Assembly: GCF_001949145.1 (NCBI RefSeq)
Contig: NW_019091362.1
Location: 238,604-302,603, forward strand
Direction: 5' to 3'
From: Acanthaster planci
Lineage: Eukaryota
DNA: 64,000 nucleotides
Shown here: piece after piece, positions 52,083 through 64,000 of the stretch
Position numbering within the stretch: position 1 is the stretch's first letter
Layout: each line of letters begins with the position of its first letter
The notes under the pieces: model-generated
Database searches by the model: none
Told to the model about the DNA's origin: nothing
The model's input: the letters and a program-made list of their open reading frames with translations, nothing else
Translations under genes and position numbers: made by a program

Positions 52083-55000
52083 ATGCCGACAACGTGTATA
52101 GCCGGTGGATGCAGCAAAACGTCGAAGGATGGTGTCAGTCTTCACTCTTTCCCAGCTGATCCTACATACCGGACGATTTGGGAGGACAAAGTCAAGTTAA
52201 CCAGACCTAATTGGTCCGGTCCAAGCAGTTCCTCAAAACTCTGCAGCGATCACTTCGAACCATCTTGTTTCGAGAGTGGTCTGGAATATCTCTTCGGTAT
52301 CAGCGTAAAGAAAAGGCTGAAGCCTGAGGCCATACCTACAAAGTTTGCACCTGCAGGCAAAGAAAAAACGAAACCAAGGAACGAACGGCGCAAGCCCAAA
52401 GGAGCCTTCCGTAAAAGGAAGAAATTCAGGGTAGGCCCTATGCCATAGCCTAGGGCCCTATTATTTTTATGATCATGGGCCTAGTATTATTATTATTATT
52501 ATTGAACGTTATTTTTATAGCCTAGGCCTACTCTTGTGGTCCGAGTAACTTGGACTCAACGAAGGCGGTGTGAAGTTAGTTAGGCCTAGGCCTACTTATT
52601 ACTTATTTCCTTTTTGAAATTTGTTATTCAATGTTGAACAAGTAACAATTGATTCGATATTCAACGTTACTTTTAAGCTTTGGCGACCGCTTAGGATGCA
52701 CATCCCTAGCCAGAGAAACAATGGAGTGCCAAAGGGACAAAAAACAAACAGCGAAACCTACATTTGAGGGCTTGTTTGACCACAAGAAATGCCATGCCCT
52801 GGGCTGCTGGGGTACAAGGAGTCTCACTGATTGATGAGAACAGATTCATTGTAATCTCCAGTCCCAGGCGGCATGCGGGGCATGGGTACTTCTAGCCCCA
52901 GACTGGGGGCCAGTCTACTGGACTTCTCCATATCCTAGGCCCCACAGCAGTCCATTCAAAAAAAGGGGACTCAGTGAAAATGCCTTCTATGAAACTCCCT
53001 CTGGGTACATGGATCTCTTACCCCATCGATAGCGCCTAGTCTGATGTATTACTTTGGGGGATTTCCAATTTGTAGAAATTCATGAAAATTTGGTTTCGAT
53101 TTGGGCCATTTGTTAACTACAGCAACTAGGCCTAACTCCTGATCGCTGACCGATGCCACATACAGTCTGGATCTGTTGGGTCTGGGAACCAGACAGCATT
53201 AAAGACGGTTATCCTATGTTAAAAAGTCAATTGGTAGAGTCCAAGTTACTCAGACTATCACTGAATAGTTCAACACCCCTAATACCGTCCTGCGAAGGTA
53301 TCATGTTCACAGTCACTAGGTCAATGTCACAAAAAAATAATCCACTTACATGCAGCCAAGTTTAAGTGTAATTAGAACTCAGCCAAACCAGAAAAAGAGG
53401 CATTTTCTTGGCAACCCACGGTACATGTACATATAGCCTTACAGGGTTCGTGCCCAACCCGATGCACTTTTCAAGCCACTCCATGACAATTACAGCTAAA
53501 TTCATGGCTGAGCATGCTGAGTGTGAGGTGGTGTGTGACTTCTAAGTCAAACATTTTGAATTCCCCAGGCAAACAGGGCTGAGCACTCACACTAAGCCAT
53601 GAAGCAGTTGTGAAATCAGCTTGAAAGGTACAATGGACAAATGAACATATGTTTGAATGTGGGCATAGAATCTAATAATTCTCCTGTCATGTTTCGACGT
53701 AAATTGCAGGTACATGTGCTAACTCATTGCAGCATGTACCAACATGTGAGAGAGGGACTTATCCTCAAAAATTCACATTTTAACAAGAACAAGATCAGAA
53801 TTGCATATACAAATGTGTTGTGTGTGTTCCAAATAAAGTTTCTTTATTTTTTATTTGTAAATGGCATGTTCTTCATAAGATGGACCAAAATGCAACTCTG
53901 GATGTCATTTTTCAAAACTTCTAAAAGAGTGACTTTGATCGTGTAAAATACAAATTAGCACCTTCAGATTTATAAAAATGATTATGTGGGGATAATTAGG
54001 CACACTGTGCTCATTTGGTGGACATTTGGTTGGTTACCAGTGCAAATCAAATGGAGTTGAATTCATTTAAAGTTTTACGTCAAAGTGTTTACACAAGAGG
54101 ACTTGATTTTAAAACTTCTCTCAAGAAGGAGAATTCAGTATATTTTTGACTGATGTATTTTATAGCACCTAAGAAATAACTTTTTAAAAATATAAGCCAT
54201 GAAAATAGAGCGCAAAATTGACAAAAAAATGATGAGAAAAGTTTGGCTCTCTTCATTCTCTTACTGTTTAAAATCACTCTCACTATACCAGCATATCTGC
54301 CAGGTCTTATACCTTTGAACCACCGAAAATTATCTTTAAGTTTGGCTGCATTAGAAATGTATAATGAGTACAATATGTTCGTTGTGAACGTCATATTTGA
54401 CAGAATTTTGATGACGTTTGAAAAAAAAAATGCATGATGGACAAGAATGCTGAAAATGCTGTCACATGTACAGTAATGCTTGAAATTTCCATGTTCATTT
54501 TGCTGCTTATTTTGGAGATATCCCCGCTAAAAATTAAATAAAAATTAACAACTCTGAGCATTAGATTTTATTCATGAATTGTATTTTATGTCTCTTTTTT
54601 TTCTGAACGTCATTCAGAATGACCGATTTTCTTTTGAGAAACCTTGGTCCAAAGAGAAAAATCGCAGAGTGTTGCCATTCTGTGCAGGGGCTCATAAATA
54701 TCGAATGAAAAAGAGGGCACACTATCTGGGTTGATGTCAAAGGTCAAACAGGCCACAATGCAGTGTAACATTTCTCTAACGGCACCGTGAGAGAATGATG
54801 GAAGCCGCAAAATCGCCACAATCGGTATTTTGGACTTCAGTTTTCCAAAACGTACTAGAAGCAAATGTGAGAGGTTCAATCGTAACAGAATGATGGTTTG
54901 GCAGTGCTTTTTTTTTTAAACTTGTGTTATACATCTATTTGGATTTTACTCGCTATTTTTTTGTGGTCGATTTTTTTTTTACACGTATGACAGAATCAAA

Positions 55001-58000
55001 TGACGTTCATGACTGCCAATTTCAGGACCTGATTAATTGTGAGAGGTATTTTGTGATAATGATTTTAATATGTGTAAATATTATCACCTTACACCACATA
55101 TAAATCTGTGTAAAATAACTGTTGGGATTATCACTCCTTGGTAAATTTTAGTGGCTAGGATTTCAACAGGTTGTTCACGTCCGTCAAAAATGCTGACGTT
55201 CAAGACTTTAATTAATTAACTCCAATTAAGTTGAAAGGTGGACAGGGTCATCATTGTTCCAGATATCAGCCATGACTTCCCTCATTACATCAGACATTGG
55301 GAATTAATTCACTGCTGTTCACTTCAGGAAAAATGAACCCCCAAAGTTGAACATTATCAAATGGTCCATACATGTGTATTTTGAGGCCTGCCAAAAACAC
55401 TCTACCTTTGACAGTTTCCCTATTCACAATGCGCAACTTGATCATGTACTTGTATTAACATTTGATAATACTTGCTGCTTAAAAACACTGGCACCGGAAT
55501 ACGAGACGGTTTAATCCATTTCTACTTTTCAAGAGTCTGTGTGTGCCGCAGCGCGCAGAATTTGCCATGTGCATGCCAAGTCCATGTAACTTATAAGAAG
55601 ATTCTTTGCACAAGGAGTATACCATACAATGGACGAGAGTGTTCGAGAAATGACAGTAAAAATTTTTGAACAAAATCGTCAGAAATCTGTCATAGATTGA
55701 CTTCTTTTGACTCTCTGACTAAAAAAGGTACATACATGTAGAAGTATTTATGATTATGAATGGGAATAAATATGTGCTTGGCTGGTCTTAGACTAACGTT
55801 TAAGACCGGCTAAGGAGACTGAATGCTGATAATACCCTCACCTGTGGCTTGGGCATTATTCCTACCCCTTCTCCTGAACCTAGAATTAAACACACGTAAG
55901 ACTGGCCAAGCAAATACATGCATTTATACCCTTATTTTAATCAGCAGATCAGGTTGCGTACGTGCCACATGCACACTTTTTAACTTTGACGTAATTTTGA
56001 AAATTACACTTTGATTTTTCATTTGTGTAATATTATCACATAGGAATTGTATTTTGTGTCTCATCAATTTAGATTGTTAGCCAGGTTTTTTAGAATTTCA
56101 TGTTTGAAATTGAAATTTTGCTTGTAGATTCTAAATGAGGTTCTACCAAAGAAACAACAGATATCAGATGAAAAAACTGGACAAGATGATGGAACAGCAT
56201 CAGTAAGCAGACGGTGTGAGAGCAGACTGTGTATTGAACAGAAGGCTACACAATCCTTGCCAAGTGTCCATTCTGAAAGTGGTGTCAGTGGACATGATGA
56301 TGAACATGTTGTGCCAGACGAATGCCTTAGAGGTCTGCCTCGACAATTTGTGCAGCCATCAACATCAGAAGAGTATCAGGACTCCGTAACCAACTACCAG
56401 CAACTGCCTAGCAACGAGCTGTCCGTACCACGTTCATCTGCAGTCCCTGTCAAACTGGAGAAAGCCCAGGATAATAGTAGTGTTAAAACCAAGAGCAATG
56501 AACAGTCATCCAGTCAGAGCCCAGTACATTCACCAAGTAATACCAAACCTGTGGTTAAAGCACCAATCAATGTTGTATCAAAGAAAGGTTTGTTGAGCAC
56601 TGCTGCAGAACTATGTACAGCAATCCAACAACAGCAGCCAGGCAGCACAGGTAAAACTGTGTATTTCCTCGTTGATAATGCAGCCCCAACACTTCCCTCC
56701 CCGCCTCCTGTCATTTACATACGTGTAGTGAAGCAGAAATTACAGGGTAATGTTGGATCCCAGCAGCAGGTATGTGAACAGAAGCAGCTGGTGTTCCCAG
56801 GAAATCCGACAGACTCTATACTTCAATCAAACCCAGGACTTATCAAGACTGGCTCTGTTGGACAGCCTGTACGGGTAAATGTTCAACAAGAGAGTTGTCA
56901 AGAGTCCAAGAACGATGTAGGAAATCAGCCGGAAGCACCTGAAGAGAAGCAGGAGACTACCCAAGGAGGTCAAAGTGTTCCTGGGCCAAGATCTGATTTA
57001 GGTTGGATCAAAACTGAACCTGGAACTGAGCAAGAGTTGTTGAATATCAAGAGAGAATATGACAGTGGCGTCGGCTTTGATTTCACTTGCTCAAGAGAAG
57101 TAGTTCAGAGAGAAATCTGTCTTGATGGAAACAAGGATGAGAATAATGTGGAAGTCGTCGTGAAACAAGAATTATTTGAAAGAGCAGAGAATGAGAACAG
57201 TGGTGTTGGTGATCAGAGAGCTGGGGATATAAGTAATACTTGCCCTCAGGAAGGTGACCAGAATTCAGGACGTGATGAAAATGCAGAGATATCTGAAGAT
57301 GATGAAGATGATGATGATGACCATTTGGAAATGGAAGATGATTCTAGGGACGAGGACTATGTCCCTGAGGTCAAAGTTCACGCATCTAGAAAAAAGGTAT
57401 TCAAAATTTTAATATTTAGTGTGGGCATGATTCAAGGAAAAATCAACCAATTTTGGGGGGGCAGGGAAGGGAACCTGTGAATGTTTTTATGTACAGTGTA
57501 CATTAATGTTTTGCAACCTTTGTTAGGTATGAGGCTACATTTTGAGGTTTTTTCATGCTTGTGGAAAGGAATGAAAATTTATCTTTTTCTCACTGTTTTC
57601 CAGAAGCTAATTTTTTGCTCCTTTTGTTGGGGGCATGGCCTTCCTTGATACACCCTATCTACCCTTGACAAAATTCAAGGAAGATTGAGAATTAGATATT
57701 TTTCAAGATTTTTCAAGGAGTTGAAGAGTTTGTGTTTAGATGTTTTTTAGGGAAGCTACCCCATTTCTTTGATGCTATAAATGAACAATGAAAACATTAA
57801 TCAGTAGTTACAAATTGTGGCAGGTTTCAAAGAAATCTGACAAACTTGAAACTGACAACATGTACATGTATGTGCCTTTCCTGTTAAAACATGTTGGTCA
57901 AAGTACTCTTATGTACTGGTATGCAACAAATTCCAAAGAAATAAACTGAAAAGATAAATAAATGTAGTTGTTGACATGAGTCTATATCTCAGAAAAGCAA

Positions 58001-58513
58001 CATGTTAGCTTTTTCCGAGCAATGAATTGGACATAAACGGGAGTGATTATACAGTAGGCCTACAGGTACATGTGCATGTATCTTGGTAGTAAAATTGCCA
58101 GAGATTAGAGAATGTAAGAATCCTAAATCTACTCTTCCAATTGAAACTGTGGTCTGATTGCAGATTCCCTGGAAGGAATTACTATACGTAGAAGATGAGA
58201 GGTAGTACATCCAACTGTTGATGTGTCTGACTTTTTGAGTTTTCAATGGCAATTCTCTGCTAATGTTCTGAATTCCTGTGTAGAAATGGGGAGGAAGAGT
58301 TTTACGCTGCAGACAAACTGATCAGAAAGCTTCCTCAGAGCTTGAGCAAGGTCAGTCAGATGAGGTAGATGGAGAATCAAAGAGCAGTGATGGCTCAGAG
58401 GGAAGTCTGTGTTTGTCATCAGACTCGGGAAGTGACATGATTTCATCTGATGATGACTGGGATGAAAGAGAACGAAGGGAGAGGCGAGTGCAGAAAAAGA
58501 AACAGGGGGAAAG
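52083..58513 (+). CDS. THAP-domain protein, partial. Exons: 52083-52430, 56128-57396, 58284-58513; continues downstream
   Basis: N-terminal THAP C2CH: MPTTCIAGGC...SLHSFP...W...LCSDHFEPSCF...LKPEAIPT; basic KRKKFR|ILNEVL junction; long low-complexity linker with IKTE/VKQE motifs and acidic tracts; splice phases 0, 0, 2. Confidence 0.85.
54071..55207. mobile_element. Possible Kolobok-like non-autonomous element
   Basis: TTAA-AG...CT-TTAA ends with imperfect TIR (AGTTTTACGTCA / AGTCTTGAACGTCA) and internal AACGTCAT/ATGACGTT motifs. Confidence 0.3.
55756..55912 (+). repeat. Dispersed ~155-bp repeat, copy 2
   Basis: Similar to 46187-46342. Confidence 0.75.
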
Positions 58514-59348
58514 GTAAGTTCATGAAACTCAAATTTGGGGCGGGGGTTGTGCCATATTTTATGAATAATGGATGTTTAGGAGTAACTTGGTAAGGATAAC
58601 ACAAGATGATTTAATGAAATGGAATTGAACAATCTCACAGTCACCTCATTTAATTCTTACCATTGCACTCATAAACATTCATTTCTTGTATAACAACCCT
58701 GAATAAGTCCCAGCTTTACTTATGAATTTACTTTTCTTGTGACTGGAATGCAATGCTCTATCTACCTTCTTGTACTGTACTTCTATTTCGACATTGCTGC
58801 CACGCCTTGTGCTTGGATAACTGAATCAGTGGTGCATGACCGACAACCAGGCCTTGACTTTGAGCTGATTTTTATCAATTAGCCCATCAGTCAAGTTTAT
58901 TTATTTATTATTCCATTTCTTTACCCTGGGTATGTCCAAACAGTTACAAATTGGTTTCCATTGGGGCCCTGCGACCATTACAAATTAATAAAATTGGTAC
59001 AAACTCATGATGAAAAGTCAAGTTGACAAATACGACAAACGTTAATATTTACAAATACAGACCACTAAAACACCATACACATGTGAACATTTAAATAAGG
59101 CATTAATTAAATACTGAACACGGGATGGGCAAAAACCCCGCAAAAAACCCTATGGGGAAAAAGAACACAGGGAAACTCACGATCTGGCTCTATTGAACAT
59201 TGGCAACCAAGTTAACAACTCCATAGATCAGCATTTGGGACTTGGAGCGTAGCATTCTTTTTTGGTTAAAGGGACTTTAAGTGCCTTGTTAACTGAGTAC
59301 CTTGTTTCACAAATCTGTGTGAATGGCATAAGCAGACTTGTCATATAC

Positions 59349-59609
59349 TGTGGCGCCGGTGGGTTTGGCTGGTGGGGGTGCCAGCTCGGAGCTAGCTGGC
59401 TGCCCCCACTGGTATGCGAACGGCCTGCGGCTTTCCCGCTTTGCGCCTGCGCAGTCCCCGTCTAGACACCTCGTGACTGGAGCTTTGTGTGTCAGACAGC
59501 CCTTTTGCTTTCGTCAAAATAAACACAGCACTTTTGCCTGGAACAGAGATTTGAGCCTGACCGAGTAGTTCTTTGTCAGCGTCAGAGCCCATAGACAGGA
59601 CACGCTACA
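59349..59609 (+). repeat. Putative 5' LTR (261 bp), followed by a tRNA-Leu-type PBS at 59612-59623
   Basis: TGTGGCG...CGCTACA inverted ends; AATAAA at 59518; TGGAGGCAGCGG 2 nt downstream, one mismatch to TGGTGGCAGCGG (complement of a tRNA-Leu 3' end). Confidence 0.75.
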
Positions 59610-62600
59610 ACTGGAGGCAGCGGCGAGACGCTGGATACAAGAAAATCAGGTAAATTCTTCGCCTATTCTGTGCCTTGGAGTTGGTGGATGATTTGGATTG
59701 GGTACCGAACTCGCTGGACAGCTCACGGGTCCGGTGCTACGGGTGCCGCGAGTATGGGCATTTCTGCCAGGATTGCCCGCGTGGGAGGGGAAGGGCGGCG
59801 CCGTCCAGGGCCAGCTGCTGGCAGAGCCAGTCTCGATGGCGTCGCTGGGGCCGGCCCCTGCGCCGCGGCCATTGGCGGCAGAGACAGGGCCAGCGGCCCG
59901 ACACAGGGAGACGTCGGCGGTGCCGGCGAACCGGGCCAACTACGCCATCGGCAAGCTGGCCGGCAAGAGAGTGTGGGTGCTCCTAGACACGGGGGGGGCG
60001 TAAGTCTCATGTCGGCCAGGGTCTACTACGCGCTTGCCGGTGCTGACAAACCCAGATTGCAACCAGCTGGACTGTCTCTGCGGATGGCTGATGGTAGCCC
60101 AATGAGAGCGCACAGGGTCGCCGACTTCAAACTGCAGCTGGGGGACCAGTGCACCCTACACACCTACACCGTGGCGGATGTCGAACCCGACGTCACTGTG
60201 GGGATAGACTTCATGGCTAATCACCACTGCGAGTGGAGGTGGAGTGACAACTCACTCATGGTTGATGGCAAGCTGGTTCCCCTGGAGGGGCCGAGCTGCA
60301 AGCCAGTGGGGGCACGGGTCCAGGTGGCCGAGAGCGTGGTAATCCCTGCCAGGCACAAGGTGATTGTGACCGGGAAAGTCTGCGGGGATCGTGCCCAGGG
60401 AGTGGGGATGGTGTACCCCAGCTTGGCGGCCATGGACCACTGCCAGGTGGCCGTCGCGACGGGTCTAGTGGATACCAGTCAGGGGGCAGGGCCTGTGAGA
60501 GTATTCTACCCGATGGGGAGTCTATAAGGGGAGTCTTCTTGCCATATTCGCCACCGTGGAAGAAGACACAGTGATCGACCCCAAGGAGAGTTCTCAACAG
60601 GTGGTTTCAGAGCCGTGCCCTACAGAAGGTTCCGTTTGGAGCCCCGAGAGCGGTCCGGCGGGCCACGGTTGCCAGGTGGGTTCCTCTCGGAGCCCGGGCG
60701 ATAGTGTGCCTGCCCACCTGCAGGACCTCCTGGACCTGGGAGCCGCCTACCTGGACAGCGAGGAACGTGCATGGCTGGCGAGCCTACTGGTAGAGTTCCA
60801 GGGTACCTTCACCGGGCCGGATGGCAGGCTTGGCCAAACCGACTGGGTCCAGCACCCAATTAACACAGGGACAATGGCAACCTCCTCAGCGGCTTCCGAT
60901 GCACAAGTGGTTGGAAGCCCAGAGGCAGGTGGACAAGATGCTGGCGGATGGGGTAATTAAACTGTTGCACAGCCCCTGGTCTTCGCCGGTGGTCCTGGTG
61001 CAGAAGAAGGACGGGTCTGTGCACTTCTGCGTGGACTACCGGTGGGTCAGTGCAGCCACCCTGAAGGATGCCTACCACATCCCTCGGATGGAGGATAACT
61101 TAGACGCACTCGAGGGAGCCAGGTGGTTCAGTACCCTTGACTTGGCCAGCGTGTACTGACAGGTCCGCTTGGCGGAGGATGACTTGGAGAAAACGGCTTT
61201 CGGGATGCAGAGCAGCCTCTACCAGTTTACCATAATGCCCTTCAGGATCTTTAACGCTCCGGCCACCTTCGAGTGTCTGATGGAGTGCGTCCTGCGGGGT
61301 CTCCAGTGGTAGGTGGCCTTTGTCTACCTGGATGACGTGATAGTTTGGGGGCGGACCTTTGAGGAGCACTACCAGAGGCTGGCCACGGTGCTGGGGCGGT
61401 TCTGGACCGCCAGGCTCAAACTGAAACCACAGAAATGTGACTTTTTCAAGACGGAGGTGTCCTTTCTGGGCCACTTGGTGTCAGCGTAGGGGGTGCGGAG
61501 GGATCCCGCTAAGGTCGCAGTGATCCGTGGTTGGCCAAGGCCGGCGAACGTGATGCAGGTCCCAAGCTTCCTGGCCCTGGCGTCATATTATCGGCGGTTT
61601 ATTGCCTACTTTGCCGAGATCGCCCGGCCCCTCCATGCTTTGACAAGAGCCAGAGGGAGTTTGTGAGGACAGATGCCTGCCAGACGGCGTTCGAACACTT
61701 GCAAGATGCCCTAGCTACGGTGCTGGTGTTGCAATATCCGGACCCAGGGAGGCACTACATCTTGGATACCGATGCCAGCAACTGCACTATCGGGGCTGTC
61801 CTCTCCCAGGAGGGGGAGCACGGAGAGCAGGTAGTGGCTTATGGGAGTCATATGGGAGAAACTATTGCACCACCCGGAAGGAGCTCCTGTCAGTCGTGCA
61901 CTTCATGCTCTATTTTAAGCTCTACCTGTTGGGGAAGCGCTTCCTGTTGAGGACAGACCACGACTCGCTGCGCTGGCTCTTTCATTTTAAAGAGCCAGAG
62001 GGGCAGACAGCCAGATGGCTACAGAGGCTGAGGTGCTACGAGTGCGACACTGAGCGGGGCAGAAACACATCAACGCTGATGCCATCTCTCGGATACCCTG
62101 CAGCCAGTGCGGGCGTTCCCAAGAGGTTGACCAAGAATGTTACACGGGGCCGGCCCCTCCGGTGGATTTGGCCCCCCCTCAGAGCTGGCCGCCAGAGGCA
62201 GAAGATGAGTCCCTGGCCAACATGGACGGAGAGGAGGATGACTCAATTATGGATGGGTTTCCCCACGTCTGGGACCTGAGCAAGCTAGCTCAGGAGCAGC
62301 AGGACGACCTGGAGCTGGGACCAGTCCGCCAGTGGCTGGTGGCGGGGAGCGACCGGCCTGAGTGGGAGGACATCTCCGACCTCGGCGCCGGGGTCAAAAG
62401 CTGGTGGTCTAGATGGGACACACTGCGCCTGTTCTGAGGAGTCTTGCAAGTGAAGTGGGCGAGGGCTGACGGGGGACCCCCCACCTGGAAGATCGCCATC
62501 CCGCAGGCCAGGGTGCCCCAGGTTCTACTTCTTGCCCACAATCACCGAACTGCTGGACACCTCAGGGTCGCTCGGACCATGGCTGGACTCAGGCAGGCTC

Positions 62601-63940
62601 CTGTGTATTGGAGGGAGATGAGACAGCAGGCCAAGGAGTGGTGCCAGAAGTGCCATCTCTGCGGTTCTAAAAAGTCCCCTCCGTGTCCCGGGAGAGCTCC
62701 GCTCCGACAATAACTGGTGGGGGCCCCATGGATCGCCATTGACCTCACCGGACGCCTGCGCTGAACCAAGGCCGGGAACACCAGCATAATGGTAGTGGCG
62801 GACTATTTCACGAAGTGGGTGGAGGCATATCCCCTTCCGGATCAGACGGCCGAGGCCGTGGCCAAGACCCTCGTGGAGCAGGTGATCACACGCTTCAGGA
62901 CACCCCTCAAGATCCACACAGATCAAGGGCGGAGTTCGAGGCGGGCCTGTTCCGCGGGGTCTGCCGGCTGTTTGGCATCCACAAGACCAGGACGACTCCT
63001 TTCCACCCCCAGTCCAACGGCATGGTCAAACGGTTCAATCGAACCGTGAACACCATGCTTAGCTTGTTTGTGGCTGAGAATCAGGATGACTGGGACGAAC
63101 ATCTTCTCTACGTCCTGATGGCCTACAGCTCCTCCCAGCACGATAGCACCAGGCTCACCCTGAACATGCTCATGCTTGGGCGGGAGGTGGGACTTTCCCT
63201 GGACGTCGTAGTCGGGTCATTGGATGAGCAGGTGGAGACTACCGAGGCACTAGATTACGCCGACGAGCTGAGAGCGAATCTCACCCAGGCCCACGAGTTT
63301 GCCCAGCGACACCTGAGGCGGACTCAGAGCTACCAGAAGCAGCAGTATGACCGTCGCGCCCAGGGGGCCGGGTTCAAGCCCAGTCAGGGTGTTTGGCTGT
63401 TCACCCCCAAGAATAAGGTCGGCCGCGCCCCTAAGCTGCAACGGTGGTGGAACGGGCCCTTCGCGGTGCTACAACGCCTTAACAATGTGACCTACAAAGT
63501 GCAGTGTACCGCCTGAGTGAAGCCTCAGATCATGCATCACAATCGGCTTAAGCGCTACCTGGGCGACGTGCAGCTAGGATGTTGAGAGCGCGCAGCCCAC
63601 AGAGCCCTGGCCGAGGAGGCACCCTTGCAGGCAGGGGGGCAAGGAGCCAGCGGATCCAGCCCCTGGTCCTGCCCGCTGGGGCCCTCTCCCCCGTTGAGGA
63701 AGGGACCGCACTGGAACCTGTTGACGGGGCAAAATCAGGACACCCGGGCCGGAACGGCAGTGTGTCGAGTGGGGAGAACTCAGACACAAGCAGCCAAGGA
63801 GGCAGCGCACCGGCGGAGCCATCACCGTGCGAGCCGGAGGCGGGGGCACGTGCGTGACTCGCAAGGGGCGGCAGGTTCGTCACCCAGTGCAATTCTGCCC
63901 CACGCTAACTCCTGAATCTCCCTCTGTTTCTTTCCCCAGG

Positions 63941-64000
63941 ATGGACCGCTTGGCCTGCCCCCACTGTCAGCGAGTATTCCGCCAGCGGACCAACTTGCGG
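63941..64000 (+). CDS. Start of a C2H2 zinc-finger ORF/exon downstream of Gypsy pol, truncated by the window edge
   Basis: Branch-like GCTAAC (63904), pyrimidine tract and CAG acceptor (63939), then MDRLACPHCQRVFRQRTNLR = C-x2-C-x3-F-x5-L. Confidence 0.6.
   Translation, partial: MDRLACPHCQRVFRQRTNLR

Larger units (their letters stand above)
59349..64000 (+). mobile_element. Decayed Ty3/Gypsy LTR retrotransposon; 3' LTR lies outside the window
   Basis: Abrupt GC rise; gag knuckle CYGCREYGHFCQDC; protease VLLDTG; RT SPWSSPVVLVQKKDG..FCVDYR, FSTLDL, VYLDDV; RNase H ILDTDAS..IGAVLSQ; integrase H..GH..C..C, DYFTKWVEAYP, HTDQG, FHPQSNG, GPF motif; PR-RT-RH-IN order; many stops and frameshifts. 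Confidence 0.95.

Noticed and set aside
52083..52430. THAP gene as the transposase source of the P-like scars
   Set aside because: Downstream exons are low-complexity linker with no transposase catalytic region or TIRs visible

Overview
AT-rich, intron-containing animal genomic DNA with three assembly gaps. An invertebrate deuterostome such as an echinoderm is an inference from gene content and repeat style. Genes read from the sequence, in order: (1) the last four exons of CASD1 (sialate O-acetyltransferase); (2) an intronless class A GPCR with most activation motifs substituted; (3) an 8-exon secreted subtilase with PCSK9-like residues and intron positions but no C-terminal Cys/His-rich domain; (4) inside its ~19 kb second intron, two intact intronless two-TM paralogs and one pseudogene resembling RING-less APD1-4 (DUF4792/4793) proteins; (5) an Ikaros-family zinc-finger gene; (6) a THAP-domain gene with a decayed Ty3/Gypsy element in its third intron. 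Highlights: the Gypsy element has an env-style splice donor/acceptor pair leading to a C2H2 zinc-finger ORF that is also in phase with the host THAP exon; five 24-38 bp CAT...ATG inserts with 7-8 bp TSDs look like P-superfamily excision footprints; a Penelope remnant retains a minimal hammerhead ribozyme motif. Many MITEs, SINE and LINE fragments are also present. Family assignments are from motif recognition only; no searches were run.
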